A DNA stretch of 64,000 nt from positions 66,898,001-66,962,000 of the forward strand of contig CM052841.1 of assembly GCA_028534125.1 (NCBI GenBank). Reading direction: 5' to 3'. Each line of letters begins with the position of its first letter. Position 1 is the stretch's first letter. Source of the stretch: Lama glama (lineage: Eukaryota). Made by a program: the position numbers and the translations under genes. Below, piece after piece: positions 25,933 through 39,549 of the stretch. A model generated the notes under the pieces. It searched no databases. It was not told the origin of the DNA and saw only the letters and a program-made list of their open reading frames with translations.

Positions 25933-28900
25933 CTGTGGCAGGCAGACACTGTGGACCTGACTGGGAAAAATCAAGATGCAGGTGGCGGTCAGGGAGCCAG
26001 TGTGGTCCCAGTGTGGGGTTTACCTGCTTGGCAGGGCAGCCCCGAGGCCAGCCTGTGGCTGAGCCAGGACGTGAGCACTGGTAGGGGCTGCCCCGGGGTA
26101 GACCTGGCCCGGAAAAGAGGTTTTTGCTAGGGCTCAGCAGTGCGTGGACTCCCCTCCTCCATCAGCTGGAACACCCTACGACATAGAAGTTATTGCTGTC
26201 ATGTTATGAATGAAGAACCTAAGGCCCAGAGACACTCAGTAACTTCACCAAAGACACACAGCTTGGATACAAATATAGCTCTGGTCAGCCCCAGGGGCTG
26301 TGCTCTTATTCACCCGGCCACCCTGCCAACCTGTCCTCAGCAGCCAAGGGAGGCAGCAGATGAGGCTGCAGCTCTGGAGCCTGGCTTGTTCTGGGGCCGC
26401 TGCTCAGGCCCTTGACCAGCCTCCACCTGGGTCTCCCGGCTGGTCCAGCCTGTGCACACCTCTACAACCTGGTAAAGCTGAGCCCGGTATCTTCCCGCTT
26501 TCTGGCCCAGGCCTCCATCATTTCCCCCCTGGCCGGATGAGCGGCCCCCTCCCAAACCTCCCTCCCTCCAGCCTCACCCTCTCCAAGGCACCCTCCACCC
26601 TGCAGCTGGAGAGCGTTCTCTAAAGGCCAGATCCAGCAGCGGTCCTCCGGGCTCTCAACACCTGCCGTTCCCGTGGGCCTGGGAGAGAGCCCGCCTGCCG
26701 AGCTGGGCTTACAGCATTGCCTAATCTGACCCCCAACCCACTCCCCATTTCCAAGGCCCTAGCTCTTGCACCAGGATTGTTTACTTAATCTTCCAGGGAA
26801 GAAGGGGCCGCAGACTCCATTTTCCAGCCTAGGAGCCGAAAGCCCAGGTTCCCACAGCCAGGAAACAGCAACTTCAGGCTTGGAACCCAAGACTCAGTCT
26901 GAATTCGAGGTTCTTGCCACAGCCCACTCCCCACCTAGGACAAGTTGGTCCACCTGCCCCGGTTCCCTCTTGCAGTGGCCTCCATCCTCAGGAAGCCCCC
27001 GGCAAGGGGGCTGGGCCAAGGCCTGGGGGAGGTTCCCCAGCTTGAGCCTATTCAGGGAGGGGACCTAAGTCCAAAGGGAACAAAGAGCTTTGCAAAGAGA
27101 AATGAGCGCACCCCGTACCCAGGAGCCTCTCTGCTCAACAGTGGACGGAGAGGAGCTGGCAAATGCCGAAGATGCTGGGCTTGTCAAATTCCCTCTGGAG
27201 CAAACCCAAAAGGACTGACACCGCAAGGAAAGCCAGCGCCGCGAAGAGCAGCAGAGCCTGGCTGAGCAGCTGAGCAGCTGGGCTACTGTGGCCTCGGTGG
27301 GGCAGACCTGGAGCAGACGCTGGGCGCCCAGGCTGGCGGCCGGGATCCCCAGCTGGCCCCCACAGCCAGTGGGGAAGGTGCGAGCACCCCGTTCTTGCAC
27401 ATAAGGAGGCTGACTGACTTGCCCAGGGTAGCCTGGAACCCGCTCTCTCTGCCGCACGAATGGCCTTCTTGCTGATGCACAGACTCGGACTTCGGAGAGT
27501 GGGGCGGGGCTGGGAGCTGCGCGGAGGACGGGACAGGGCCGGCTGCCGCTCTGCCTTGCCTCCCGCCCAGCGAGCCTAGAGTCAGGTGCAATTTACTGAG
27601 ATGTGATAAATCTCTCCCGCAGCTCCGCCTGCCCCCTCGCTCCTCCTGAGCGCGGTAATTACTCCTCGCGGATCCCGCTGCCATCACTCCCTGGAGCCGG
27701 CCCACATGGCAGGAGTCCAGAGGCCTCTCTGCGGGAGTGGGTCCCGGTGCTGGGCAGCCTCCGGGCTGGCTGGACTAGGGGGCTCACCCAGGACCAGCAC
27801 CAGGAGTCAGCGACTTAGAAGCAGCCCCAAATGTGCTGGACTGGGGTGCTCCCTTGAGTGGGGAGTGGGACTGGTGGGACTGGGCGCTTGAGCTCAGGTC
27901 CACCCTGAGATTTCAAAACCCCTCTGAACTGCCCCAATACTGTGGCTTCTCTCAGGCCTACCCCCTCCACTCAGGGCTTAGATGAACAAGCTGCAATGGC
28001 CCACTGGGGACCTCACATGATCTGCCCCATCATGTCACATATGGGAAACTGAGGTCTGGAGAGGGAGAGTGACTTGGCCAAGGTCACCCAGAAAGGTGGA
28101 CAGGTCTGGGCAGATAATTCTTGGCTCCTCCAGCTCTGCCTACCTTTCCCCCAAGTGCCTTTATCCACATTTGACAATCGTGCTGGTGTAAGCAATGTGT
28201 GTCTGAGGGCTCAAAGTCTCAGAGGCTGGGGTGGGGGCTTTGGGGTCCCCACTGGAAAGGCAGGGGTGAAGAAGCAGCCTCTTTTCTGTGCGTCAGTGCC
28301 CAGGGCAGAGCAGCAGCTCACTCCAGAAAGGGCAGCAAGTGTCCCTGGAGCCCCCACCTGCATGCATCCTGGGGCCACTGAGGCTGGGATAGCCTGTGGG
28401 TCCTTCTCAGACCCAAATCCTTCCGGAGGCCATTTCCAAGCTTTCCAAGTGCATCCGGACCAGTCAGCCCCACTGGAAACACAGCTGATGGGGAAATGGG
28501 AAGTCGGCAGGATCTGGGCACAAGGGTCAGCCTGTCTGTCCTTTTCACCTTGTTATACATGCAGGTGCTTAACAGACCACTGCCAAGTAAAAGAATGAAT
28601 GGAGAGAGCCCCACATTGCGGGGGCTCCAGCATCAGGAGTGAGATGGATTTTTCACAAGTTCCCAGCACACAAGCTCTTTAGAAAGCCTGTAGTCAGTGC
28701 ACACAGGATTAAACAACCTCTCCCCCAGCACAGGTGCTTGGCTCACCTGCTTAGGTTAGAAGAGCCATGGTCACCTAGACTCCATCCTCAATGCCTTTGG
28801 AAGAGGGGGAAGGTGGGAAGATGGGCATGTGTGTCTTTCCTGGCAAACTTGAACTTTTAGGGGTTGGAAATTCTCATTGTTCCTGGAAGCACCCCCCTCC

Positions 28901-29339
28901 CCAAAAGCCTGGCCTGGCCTGGGTGGAGCAGGACACTGCAGGAAGGCTGGTGGGGTGTCCCCTCCGGCTTTCCTGAGCCAGCTTCCTGGGGAATGTGCAA
29001 GGGGGCATGCTGGGGCTATGGCCTCCAGGACACCCCCTTATCCTCGGAGAAGGGTCAGTGAACTTGACCCTTGAGAGTCTAGTCTCAGAGCCGCCGGGGG
29101 CTGCACACCGGTGGGATTACTTGTGTCCACGAGGCCCTGGGCCTTGGGAGTCCAGGACACCGAGTGGGGTGAGATGGCACAGCTGGGAGAGTGGACAGGA
29201 AATCTCTCCTGGATTTTTGGTGTTCGTAGTCTTTTCATCCCAGACTGGGAAAACCCAAATGTCAGTTGGATGCTCCCCTTCCCCCACTTAAGCCGAGATT
29301 GCAAATAAAGGTGAGCGTGAGGGGGGTGGCAGTGACAGG

Positions 29340-29490
29340 CTGGCACATCTGAGGCCAGCTCTACCACTTACTGGCTGTGTGACCTTGGGCACGTGACTAA
29401 ACTTCCCTGAGCCTCGGTTTCCTCGTGGGTCGGATGGCACCAGTGCCCCCTTTCTCATGGGTTCTGGGTGGACTGAACAGATGATAACGC
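29340..29490 (+). mobile_element. MIR SINE
   Basis: ctctaccacttactggctgtgtgaccttgggcacgtgactaaacttccctgagcctcggtttcc. Confidence 0.85.
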
Positions 29491-29932
29491 AGCGGCCAGC
29501 ATGCTGTCTTCCAGAAGGCAAATCTCAGTGAATGGAAGGTCTCAGCCCCTGGCAGCGGAGAGCACGGGGACCAGGCTCCTCTTGGAAACTTTCCTGCTCC
29601 AATACCCCCATCCCCAGGCCAGGAGGGGGACAAGGTGTCCCCAGGCACAGTGTCGCTGCCCCTGCCTCTCCCTTGGGCCCTTGCTGCCCACCTCGGTCTC
29701 TGTCCACAGCTTCCTCAGCAGGGGCGCACTCTGAGGGCGGCTAAGATGGGACGGGTGTCGCCGGCCCGGCAGCTGCGTGGGGCACGGAACCGGCGCAGGG
29801 CAGCCGGAGCAGGCTGCAGTGGGCGCTCTAGGTGAGGTGGGTGCGCAGGCGAGGTGGGCACTGAGCCAGGGCTTCCCCGTCTGCGTCCTCTGCCCCCACG
29901 CCCCGTGACCCGCGCGCCCGCTCGGCCCTTAC

Positions 29933-30300
29933 CTTGAACCATGGGAACCGCGCGGCCCCGGCCGGCCGAGGACTTGGGCGCACGTGACGGGGCGGTCCGG
30001 CGTCCGTCCCAGGCCGGGCGCAGCTGGTAGCCGCCACTCAAGCCCAGGCCACGGCTGCGGCGCCTGAGGGGGCCCGGCGGGCGAGGCGGGCGCTGGGGAG
30101 GCCCCGGAGGCGCGCGGGAGGCGACTGCGTGCCCAGGCGGGAGCCCCCTGCCCGCGCCGGCGGCACCGCGGCTCCGGACGCCCAGGCTGGCTCCCGGCGA
30201 GCCGCACGCGCGCAGCTCCAGCCCAGTCCCGGGCGCGGGGCGCGCGCGCAGGCGGGGAGGGCGCGCGCCCGAGTCTGGCGGGGAGCGCGCCGCCGGCCCG
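29933..30300 (-). other. FAM163B: Probable non-coding first exon of FAM163B (5' boundary approximate)
   Basis: Strong donor AAG|gtaagg on - at 29933/29932, inside the main CpG island upstream of the coding exons, which have an acceptor but no local promoter. Confidence 0.7.
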
Positions 30301-30334
30301 CGCGCCGTCGTCGGGGGCTGCGGGGAGCGGCCCG

Positions 30335-30355
30335 GGAGCTGTCCCTGGTGCTGAC
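30335..30355 (-). promoter_or_regulatory. RE1/NRSE (REST binding site)
   Basis: - strand GTCAGCACCAGGGACAGCTCC matches NTCAGCACCNNGGACAGCNCC at every fixed position. Confidence 0.85.
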
Positions 30356-30519
30356 GGCTCGTCCTCTCTGGGACGAGGCTCGCTCCCGTCTGCCGGCCTG
30401 GGGACGCCCCCACCCCCGCCCCGCACCCTGCGGGGCTCCCGTTGCTCTTCGCCTGCTTTCCTGGCGCTCCCGGTTTCCACAGCGTTGAGATGTGGAGTCA
30501 GGCCGAAACTGCTGTTTAT

Positions 30520-30675
30520 CAACAGTTCGACCTTGGGGGAAGTCCCTCACCTGGGGAGTCTCTGGTCCTCATCTTCAAAATGGGCCTGTAGCAGTGCCTG
30601 TAAGGTTGCTCTGAGAGTGAAATACAACGACATCTGGGGGCCTGGCACACAGTGAGTGCTCAGTGAACGCTTGCT
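30520..30675 (+). mobile_element. MIR SINE
   Basis: gaccttggg..cctcatcttcaaaatggg..ggttgctctgagagtgaaat..gcctggcacacagtgagtgctcagtgaa. Confidence 0.75.
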
Positions 30676-31639
30676 TTTATCCTGATTGTTTCCCATTCTC
30701 TTGGTTAGCAGCCACGGAGCAAGTGAGGGAAGAGGCAGTGCTGGTTCTGCTCTGGGCTGGCCAGCACTGGGGGCACCCTGGCTGCTGTTGGACCTCTCGA
30801 GGCACACACAGGGGAGGGAAAAGACTTCTTCCTCAGGACCTCAAAGCACAGAGTTGGGACCAACAGCCAGGAGTTGAAGTGAGGCAGACTTGGGCTGGGT
30901 ACCAGGCAGAACTTTCTGATGTAAGGTCCTTCCTCCTGGGATGAGTGCTCCAGCGAGCTCTGAGTGAGTGAACTCGGTCCCTGCAGACACTCAGGAGGAG
31001 GCTGCAGCCACAGAGCCCCTGAACTGAGCAAGGTCTGGAACGTGAAAGGGTCTGAGTTAGAATACATTAAACACTGAGAAACCATGCCAGGCACAGTGAA
31101 AGTGCTCATGAATGTCTGCCTTACTGACCCTTAGGTTCCCTATGAGAAGACATACCCTGGTAGGAAGAATGTGTTACTTCACCCCCATTCTAGAGATGAG
31201 AATACTGAAAACAAACAAACGTGACCTGCTTGGAGTCCATTGCCACCTGGCAGATGGGCTGAGGACAGAAGGCTAAGTGACTTGCTCAGAGCCACACCAC
31301 AGAGCCAAGAGGTGAGTTCTTACAAACCAAACAGACTCCACATGTCCAGCCTGCTGCCTCCCCTAGCCAGGTCCCCTAGCAAGGGTTGCTGCCCAGTTAT
31401 CCAGAGCTATTTGAGCCATTTTGCCCCTGGAGAGTTTCCTTATAACAAACCAGGCAAGTATCTCATTCCTCTTCACTAACCGGAAGAGCTGGTGCCTGCC
31501 CTGTGAGCATCTCTGTCCCTTCCAAGCAGGACAATTAAATGTCACCTGCCTCATTTCCTAAGGGACCAGTGGCTGTGCTTAATTCATTAATTAACTCTGC
31601 ACATTACCTGCTTCCACCAGGCACTTGTCTCATGATAAG

Positions 31640-31790
31640 CATCACTCATTATGTGCTTAATATGTTCCAGACACAAGGCTTAACACTTGTCCTGTGTTGT
31701 CTCATTTAGTCCTCGCAACAATCCGATGAGATAGACACTGCTGCTCCCCTGAGTCTGCAGCTGAAGACTTGGCGCTTAGGAGCAGACTGG
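31640..31790 (-). mobile_element. MIR SINE
   Basis: gtgcttaatatgttccagacac...tctcatttagtcctcgcaacaatcc. Confidence 0.65.
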
Positions 31791-34700
31791 GGCTGGGTTG
31801 TGCCGACTCTCAGGCATGTGCTCCCAATGCTGTCTTTCCAGATTTTCCGCGTTGTCCCCAGACTAGGGGAAAAGATGGAAATGTTAATAGAGATTCCATA
31901 CAAGGAGTCGGAGGGAGACAGAGGGAGACAGAAGGAGAGACCCAGGAGAGGCACACAGAGCCACCAGCCAATCAGCGCCCTGGGCGTCAGCGCAGGCACC
32001 CTTTAAATCAACATTCAGTCAAAACCCCGATGGTGACAACTGAGCAACTTTTTCTTTTTTCCAAGATTTCTTGGATCTTAGCAAATGTGTGCCAGGAATT
32101 TTAAAAGGAGCCTCACTGCCAAACCCTCTTTACCAACCAGCTGCCATGCCCTCCATTTCTCCCCATGCCTACTTCTCATTCCCACTCCGCAGAACTTCAC
32201 GGGGTGGGTCCAGACAGCTGCAGATCTCTGGAGCTCTTGACCTCATGAAGGGCTGGTTTCTTTCCTGTGCCGTGCAGAGAGCCGCTTCCTGGCGCTGCTC
32301 ATGATGCCATCTGAGCCATTGTCTGCAAACTGGCTGAATATTCCCCACAAGTAAGCTAGATGGCTTTCCCATCCTCACTGTATAGGTGGTAACAGGAGTG
32401 AGGTGGCTTACCCGTGCTCACGCCACCAGCAGGGAGGTGGCGGCACTGAATGGATTTCCTTTGCATGAAGATGCCCGATGGTCACCACCAGACTTGCTCT
32501 TTGTGTGATCAAAGCCTGGCTTGATTTTAAGCAAAAACCTAAGTCCAAAAATCAAAATAGGGGGAAATGAGGACTCATGGGTCTGACTTTAGAGAAACAA
32601 TTCACCATCAGGTTTCCCTAAATAGCAATTTCTCCTGGTGTATGAAAAAAAGGATTTGAGCTACGCACAGTTCTTTCAGGTTGGCGGCCCAAAACAGGCC
32701 TGGGGGCGGGAGGAATGCTGTGGCGCTACCCTCCCCCGCCCCAATCACTGGCGTTCCTTCCACTACAATCTGCTTTTCAGTTGCATGGCAACTTCGGTCT
32801 ACGGCAGCTACTATGTCCCCATCACCAGCATCTTTCCACAACGCAGAGCTTCAGGGATACAACTCAAATCCAACAGAAGGCCAGGTTGCTTGAGAAAACC
32901 CCAACATGCGTGGCAGGTTACAAGGGCTCGTTTTCCACCGACAGCAAATGGGGCTTCTGTAAGATCAGCTCGAGGCAATAAAGATAGAACCTTTATGGCC
33001 CCGTGTTTCCTGGGGGCAAGTGTGGCAGTCTCTTGGGGTGGCTTGACCGATGTCTGTGTCTCTCTAGGGCTCTGCCAATGTATGTGCTTAATTCACACGC
33101 ACTGGCCTCACTACTCAGCCTTCTAACCTCAGCCACACGCCACACACAGTCACATAGAAGTTCGGACAAAGTGAATTACGTTCTTGGGAGCAAAGAGTAC
33201 TTACCCAGCTGCCGTTTCTGACCCGAGCCCTGCCCTGCGGAGAGCAGAGGCGCAAAGTGCTCAGGGAATGAAGTTTGTGCCGGGATGTGGGAACAATGCC
33301 AAGAGCCTTTCCAGCTCTCTCTCTGGGAACCTCCCGGAGGGGTGACTTTGCAACCTCCAGGCGTATCCAAGCAGCGGCTGGCCATCCCTTCACAGCAGAG
33401 ACGAGCTGGCCGAGCTGGAGGGCCTCTTCCAGCCTTAGAAGTCTGTGAGATTTCAGGAGCAGTCGATGGCTGCTGGGGTCAGTGGGGCAACCCCTGTCTC
33501 CAGCCTCTGTTTCAACTGCCCAGTGGCTCTCAGGGCACCAAAAGGGACCCACCGAAAGAATTTCCAAATTCTTCTTTCCCAGAAAGGGCCCTGGTTGGAA
33601 AGACAGAAGCCACTGCTATTTCCACCAGGGTGTACTTATGGAAATCGCCTGTGCCTTTGTGCAATTGCTAAATGAACCTTTGTTTGATCATTGAATAGCT
33701 TTGTTTTCTCAGTCGGCGCTCCTGAGGGGTTCTGCCTGACCGAGTGGGCTGGTGGCGGATCCATTCCTGTCACTAAATCTATGTCTCCATGTCAAGCCCA
33801 TTCAGAGGCCAGATGAATTTTTTTTAAAAGTACTGGGAGCTGGGCAACGCCCCGACATTGTGATTATTGTGTGATGTTGGCTAGCAGAGTGCACGCACAC
33901 CCTAGGTCGAGCGTTTTGGACTGAGTGTTGTTTGGATGTGAACAGGAGAAAAACAAGGCGTCAAAGTGTGTGAGACTGAGAGGGTTTAGACAAGAAGGTG
34001 TGCAAGGGGTCGAGTGGACGCATGTGGGTGTGCACGCGCCTGTGCAGGCACACGTGGTGGGGGGGTGAGTCCAATTGCCCTGGTTGGAATAGACAGCCTC
34101 GTCTGTTTGAACAGAAATTACTGATGTTTTTTAATTCCTGAAACATTTTAAAACATTGTGACCGCAAGCTTACTAAGTTCATTCTTGAGGAAGCTTCAAG
34201 GTTGCTGGACGAGGAAATGACGGCTCTGAGGGAGGTGCTTGAAGCAGCTGAGGGTCCCGCAGGGCCCCTCTGTGAATCACAGGACGAGTGCTGCGCAGGG
34301 TGGCGGGTGACAGACCGTTTTGTCGTTTCTTCCGTTTTGGAGATTTGTCCCTCCCGGGAAGCGTTAGTAAGCGCTCTCTTGATCTGATCGTCACTTTCCC
34401 AGACAAACCCCTTCCCGCAGGAAGAGCCAGTCCAGGCATCCATTCATCCTTTCATCCATCCATTCATTCATTCACATGCCCTGCCCGGGGGGAGCAGAGA
34501 TGAGGGCCAAAGCCCCTGTTATCTGGGGCCCAGAGGTGGGTCAGGTTTCCAGCAGGTGACAGACAAGGCCTCCTGCGCTGGGTGGGGCTGGACCAGGTCT
34601 GTACTGGCGACAGCTAAGTTTGAGGCACTCTGTGGTCACTGAGGCCCCCTGACAGCCCTGTGAGAGAAGGACTCCTCTTTTGGTACACTTGACAGTGAAG

Positions 34701-37700
34701 AGCCGTGGCCTTGAAGAAGGGAGCGCCTGCCAGGCCCAAGCTGCGGCCGGGCCCCCGGGGCCCCCGGGTCCGCACAGAGCGAGCCTGGGGCCGCCATGGG
34801 GCCCCAGTCTGTCTTGCTGAAAAACAGGAGATAAAATAAGAGATTCCTGTCTGGACGATGAGACTCTGCAACGAAAGCCATCTCCCGGTAACCTGCCTTC
34901 TTCTATCCGCACAGGCTGCAGAGGACGCCGGCTTCCCTTCCGTTAAATAAAGGGAGAAGGTGATGCGACTGACAGTTACAAACGGCACGCCACCATGGTA
35001 AGCCCCGTGTGAGGCTGGAGCCCTTTGGTCACCACAGCGAGAGAGCAGTTCCCTCCTCAGGACGGCCTCCCGGGCGCCACGTGCAGCTCTGCCACCCAAT
35101 CCCTGCAGTCAGACCTTCTCTGGGGCACAGAGACCGAACACGTGGACTTGGCCATTGCTTTCCTGTCAGAATCCATCACTGCCACCAGCCCCGACGGCAG
35201 ATTTAGACGGGGCCAGGAGGACGGAGGGGGCAGGAGGGCAGGGGGCAACAGTGGGCTTAAATCTGAGGAAGCAGAGCTGAGCACATGTTCTGGGATGGCT
35301 GGATGTGGGGAGAGGGTGGGGGCTGTGCCGAGGCGAGGCTCCCTTCTGCCCCGGCCTTGTCCCTGCCTCCCCCCTCCATGCGGGTGGCCTGGGGCGGCCT
35401 GAAGCGCGTCAGCTGTGGATCTGCGCTCAAGCAGACAGTCCCTCCGCCCGAGCCAGTGTCCACCTGGTGAAAGGCGGAGAGAGGCGTGGTCTTCCGAACT
35501 CCCCCCAAGAAGCCTGGAGGACCGGCTTCACCCTCAGCCTCCCCGCCCGGCCCCTCTTTATCCTGTGCCTGTTCCCTTTCTTCCTGGCCCTGGTTCTCAG
35601 GCACTGTCTCAGCTATGGCTCCTTCATCCCCTGACTCTCTGCACAGGGAGGGAAGGTCTGTGCGGGCTGAGCTTTGCCTCTCGTTTCTCCACTGGCTCCC
35701 AGCACCTGCCACAGAAGCTGTTTGTTGAATGAATGAAAGACCTTCACAGGAGAAAGCACCTGCCCGAGGCTCTGTGTCTCCTAGCTTCTCACCCAGACAC
35801 AGTGCTTCCTCTGCCCTATGCTCCATTCTGCGGCCCCGGCCATCCCGATTCTTCCTGTTGGACTGATGAGGAAACCAAGGCTGTGAGGGGCAGAGGGGCA
35901 AGCGACTGGCTGGAAAAGGATGCACCACTCAAGGGAGCCTCTTGGCCCAGAGCCCCTCCCCCCAGCCAGGCTCCCCAGACGTCCTGGGGACGTTGGGCCA
36001 CTGCCAGAGCCCCTAAGGGAAGCCTCCCTCGCACCCAGTCCACCCTACGCACGCCTGGAGCCCCTCCCCAGCAGGAACTCGCCGGCTGCTCCGCTCTGCC
36101 TCCTGCGGGGAGTGCAGCCCTGGCCATGCAGGCCGGTCCCACCACGCCCCCCAGAGCTTCAGGCCAGCGCTGCCCCGGGACCGGCTCTTCCCAAGGGCAC
36201 GGTTTCCTGTCCACGCCTCACCGCCGCTGCCCACGCTGGTGCCTCTGCCAGAGGCGCCCTTCCCCCCCGTCGTCATCCGACGAGCTCAGTGCAGCCTGCA
36301 GGCCCAAGCAGACAGCGTGCTGCTGCTTCTGGGATGCTGGGAGGGTCAGCGTCCTGATCCCGTCCGTGCTCACACAACACTTCGGTCAGAATTCTATCAT
36401 CACCATTTCTGCAATTGTTTTCCTCCTTGGGCACGAGTGCCTGAGCCCAGTCACACCGGCTCCTTCACTGAGGACCTACTGTGCGCAGGCACAGCGCTGG
36501 CTGCTGGGACGCCAGGTGAACAGGGCGGGCCCAGTCTTGCCCTCTTAGAATCTACCCCAGCGTCCAACTCGTGGTCTGGGCTGGGCCAAAATTTGGGCCT
36601 GGACATGCAGAGCTGGCCACACGGGGAGGCCCCACGCTGCCCTGGGGCAGTGAGGTGGGAAGACAAGGGTGTAGATGTGGACAGAGCGCCCTGCTCCATG
36701 GCGGGGTGGTGAACGCGGGCTTTTGCTCAGCTCTCCGAGCCTCAGTCTCCCCATGTGTGGTTCTGAGCCTCGGGGATCTGTTTACCTCCCAGGTGCGGGT
36801 GAGGTGACCTGCTCAGCACGGATGCTCTGTGAGCAGAAGCTGGAGGAAAAGGCCATGGCTGTCCTGGCAGCAAGGGCTGCAATGGGACAAAGTCCCACCA
36901 CCTCCCCCCGGCCTGGGTCTGCGTGCTGCTCTCTGAGGCCCAGCCCTGCTGGCTTCCCCCAGCCCTGCTGGCTTCTCCCAGCCTGGTGTGGAGGGAGGGC
37001 TCGACCAGGCAGCTTCCTTGCCTCTGATGGAACCTGCAGGAGGCTGGCCTTCCCCCCTCAGCCCCGTCCTCTTGGTGCTGCATACCGGCCACCCCACGGA
37101 TGGGGGTGCTCCCCTCCACAGCCCCGCCTACAGACTTTCCCTCCTCTGCCAGACCATGAAGGGCCTCTGCGTTCTCCGTCTGTCCCTTGGCAGCGGTGGT
37201 GTCAGGAGGCCGGGGCGGGAGCAGCAGGCTTCGGGGAGAACACCGGGTGCGTCAGCATGCGGCGCTGAGGCCAGGCCTTGCCTCCAAACAGGGCTGACTG
37301 GTGCGCCGGCAGTGGGAGACGCGGCAGGGAGGGGAGGCCCGCCACGGGGGCCGCCTCCACGCGCCTCCACCACTGCCCTTAGTCTCATCTCTGACCCTCG
37401 GTCACCCCAAATGGGGTCCGTCTGGGGGCAGGAGCACTCTCTGCTGGAGGTTCCAGCCCCCATCGCCCCCTTCCCGAAGCCTGGGCTGCCATGTGGCTCC
37501 TGCGTGGGGCAGGGACCCCGGGGGCCGCCCCGTCCTTGTTGCGGGGCTGTGATGGCCCACGAGGACAGTGCTGCCCCCCCTGCGTCTGCCGGCCTCTCGC
37601 TCTGCACGGTGCTGCTTCTGCTCTGATGAGAAGTCTGGGGCAGTCACACCACGGCAGGACGGAGGCCACCCCGTGCACTTGGATACCCTGCCGTGTTTGT

Positions 37701-38299
37701 GAGTGTCCCCTCGGAGGGGACGCTGCTGCCACCCAGCCTGCCCTGGGTGGGTTCTCACCGGTGGGCCAGACTCGGGGGCTCGGGCTAGAGTGGGTCTGTG
37801 TCAGGCACCCTCCAGTGACCCCAGGAATGGCCAAGGCGGGAAACCGCAGGTGAGCAGAGGCTGAGGGGCAGCAGGGTGGGGGTCTTTAGAGCCTGGCCCC
37901 TCTCTGTGAGGTTGTCTCTCTCCACGTCATCTCCAGGCTCCTCGGACCCAGCTCTCTCCTCCTGGGGCCTTGTCCCTTCCTCCTGTGCATGGGAGCCGTG
38001 GGAGCCGCAGCTGTCACCACGCTTTACCTGTGGCTCCTCACTGGGCCCTCGTCCTCTTAAATCTCTTCATTAAACCTTCCTTGAGCAGCATCACCTGAGT
38101 GACCTGCCATTTTCCCTCCGGGACCCAGCCCAACGTGCCCTCTTCCAAGCGCGCGGCACCCATACTGGTTGTGATTGATCTGCACGGTTTCTTCTGACTC
38201 CTCGGAGGAAAGCGGCATCGCTGGCTGACGGTGCCTTCGCCCGTCTGCTGGTAGGACGGAGAATCCTTTCCCACATCTGCTCGCCTCCTTTGCCCGTGT

Positions 38300-38960
38300 T
38301 TCCATCTCCTACCTCTTTGCGTCTTCATATTGATCTGTGGATGCTCTTTAAATATTCAGGATGTGAATCCTGAACCCGTTTGATGGGTTGCAAACATTTC
38401 CTCCCAGGCTGGTGTCTGTCTTTGCTTCTCTTTGGGGTCAGGCGTCCTGCTGAGGCTGGCAGTTTTCAAGGGTAGATCTGCCGCGGTTTCTCCTCAGGGC
38501 TTCTGGGAAGCTGATGAAAGTAGGCAATGTTTCCTCACCAAGGGTGCAGCTCTGACTTTTAGGTTCAGTTTTAACCCATCCAGCAATTTTGCGGATGTGA
38601 GCTAGAGGCTTCCTTCTCTTTGTTTTGACACACGACTGGCCAGCTGTCACCAGTTCCCCATCAAAGTGAAACTCGCAGTTCCTCATGAGCCCCATTCCAT
38701 CCATGCGAGGGTCTGCTTCTGGACCCTTGGCTGCCCTGCTCGCCCGTCCCTCCACCAGCTGTGACGATGCCACGTTCACAGCTCTGTGGAACCAGGTATC
38801 GAGAAGGTGAGATGCCTGTCACTGTCCTTTTATCTTGCTGTCAAATTTTTCTTGAGTCTTTTCTCTTCTGAACGCTCTTTCTAATCAGCTTGTGAGGTTG
38901 GAAAGCCTTGAGGGGCTTTAATTAAGACTGAATTGAATTATAAGGTTAACTTGCAGAAAC
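38300..38960 (-). mobile_element. Old LINE-1 ORF2 fragment
   Basis: ttgcaaacatttcctcccag, gggtctgcttctggac, actgaattgaattataaggttaactt. Confidence 0.65.
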
Positions 38961-38969
38961 TCACCACCT

Positions 38970-39180
38970 GGAGTAGAGCAGAGGGGCCCAGCCTCCAGGA
39001 CCAGACAGCCTGGGTTCAAATCCCAGTTCTGCCACTTCCCAGCTGTGTGCCCTTAGATGAGCTGCTTGACTTCTCTGTGCCTCAGCTTCTTCACCTATAA
39101 AATGGGAGTAATAATAACCCCAATACTGCTGGAAGGGTTGGTATAAAAAAGTTAATGAGCTGAGATACGTAAGCACATAA
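38970..39180 (+). mobile_element. MIR SINE
   Basis: cctgggttcaaatcccagttctgccacttcccagctgtgtg...ttctctgtgcctcagcttctt..ctataaaatggg. Confidence 0.9.
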
Positions 39181-39549
39181 CTCATCAGACATCACCTCTT
39201 TTAAGATAAATCATTATTGAATTTATTATCAGGAAAGAAAAAAGTTGCCGGTTAAGCTGTGCTATGCCCTTAATTGTAAAGCACATCTCAGTTTCAGAGG
39301 CGTTCAAATGTGGAAAATGTATTTATTAGAATCAACACAGGAGAAGATTGCCTCTGTGGCGTCACAATACCTTCCCATCAAGGAGCCTGGCTCCTGTCCT
39401 TATTTATTGCGGCTTTTTTTTGCCATCCTTCAGTAAAGCTTTACAGCCTCCTTCACATCAGCTCTTTAGGGTCTTCAATAATTTTTAGGAGGGTAAAGCC
39501 AAAAAGCTTGAGAACCACGGTTCTGCGTTAACAGAAAGGCAGGGGGACC

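Larger units (their letters stand above)
29720..30480. promoter_or_regulatory. CpG island, FAM163B promoter
   Basis: Very high GC and CpG density, GCGCGC runs and GC boxes (e.g. cccacccccgccccgc near 30408-30424). Confidence 0.85.

Noticed and set aside
31960-32030. CCAAT plus TTTAAA promoter-like arrangement
   Set aside because: No convincing downstream exon or ORF; short motifs alone are insufficient.
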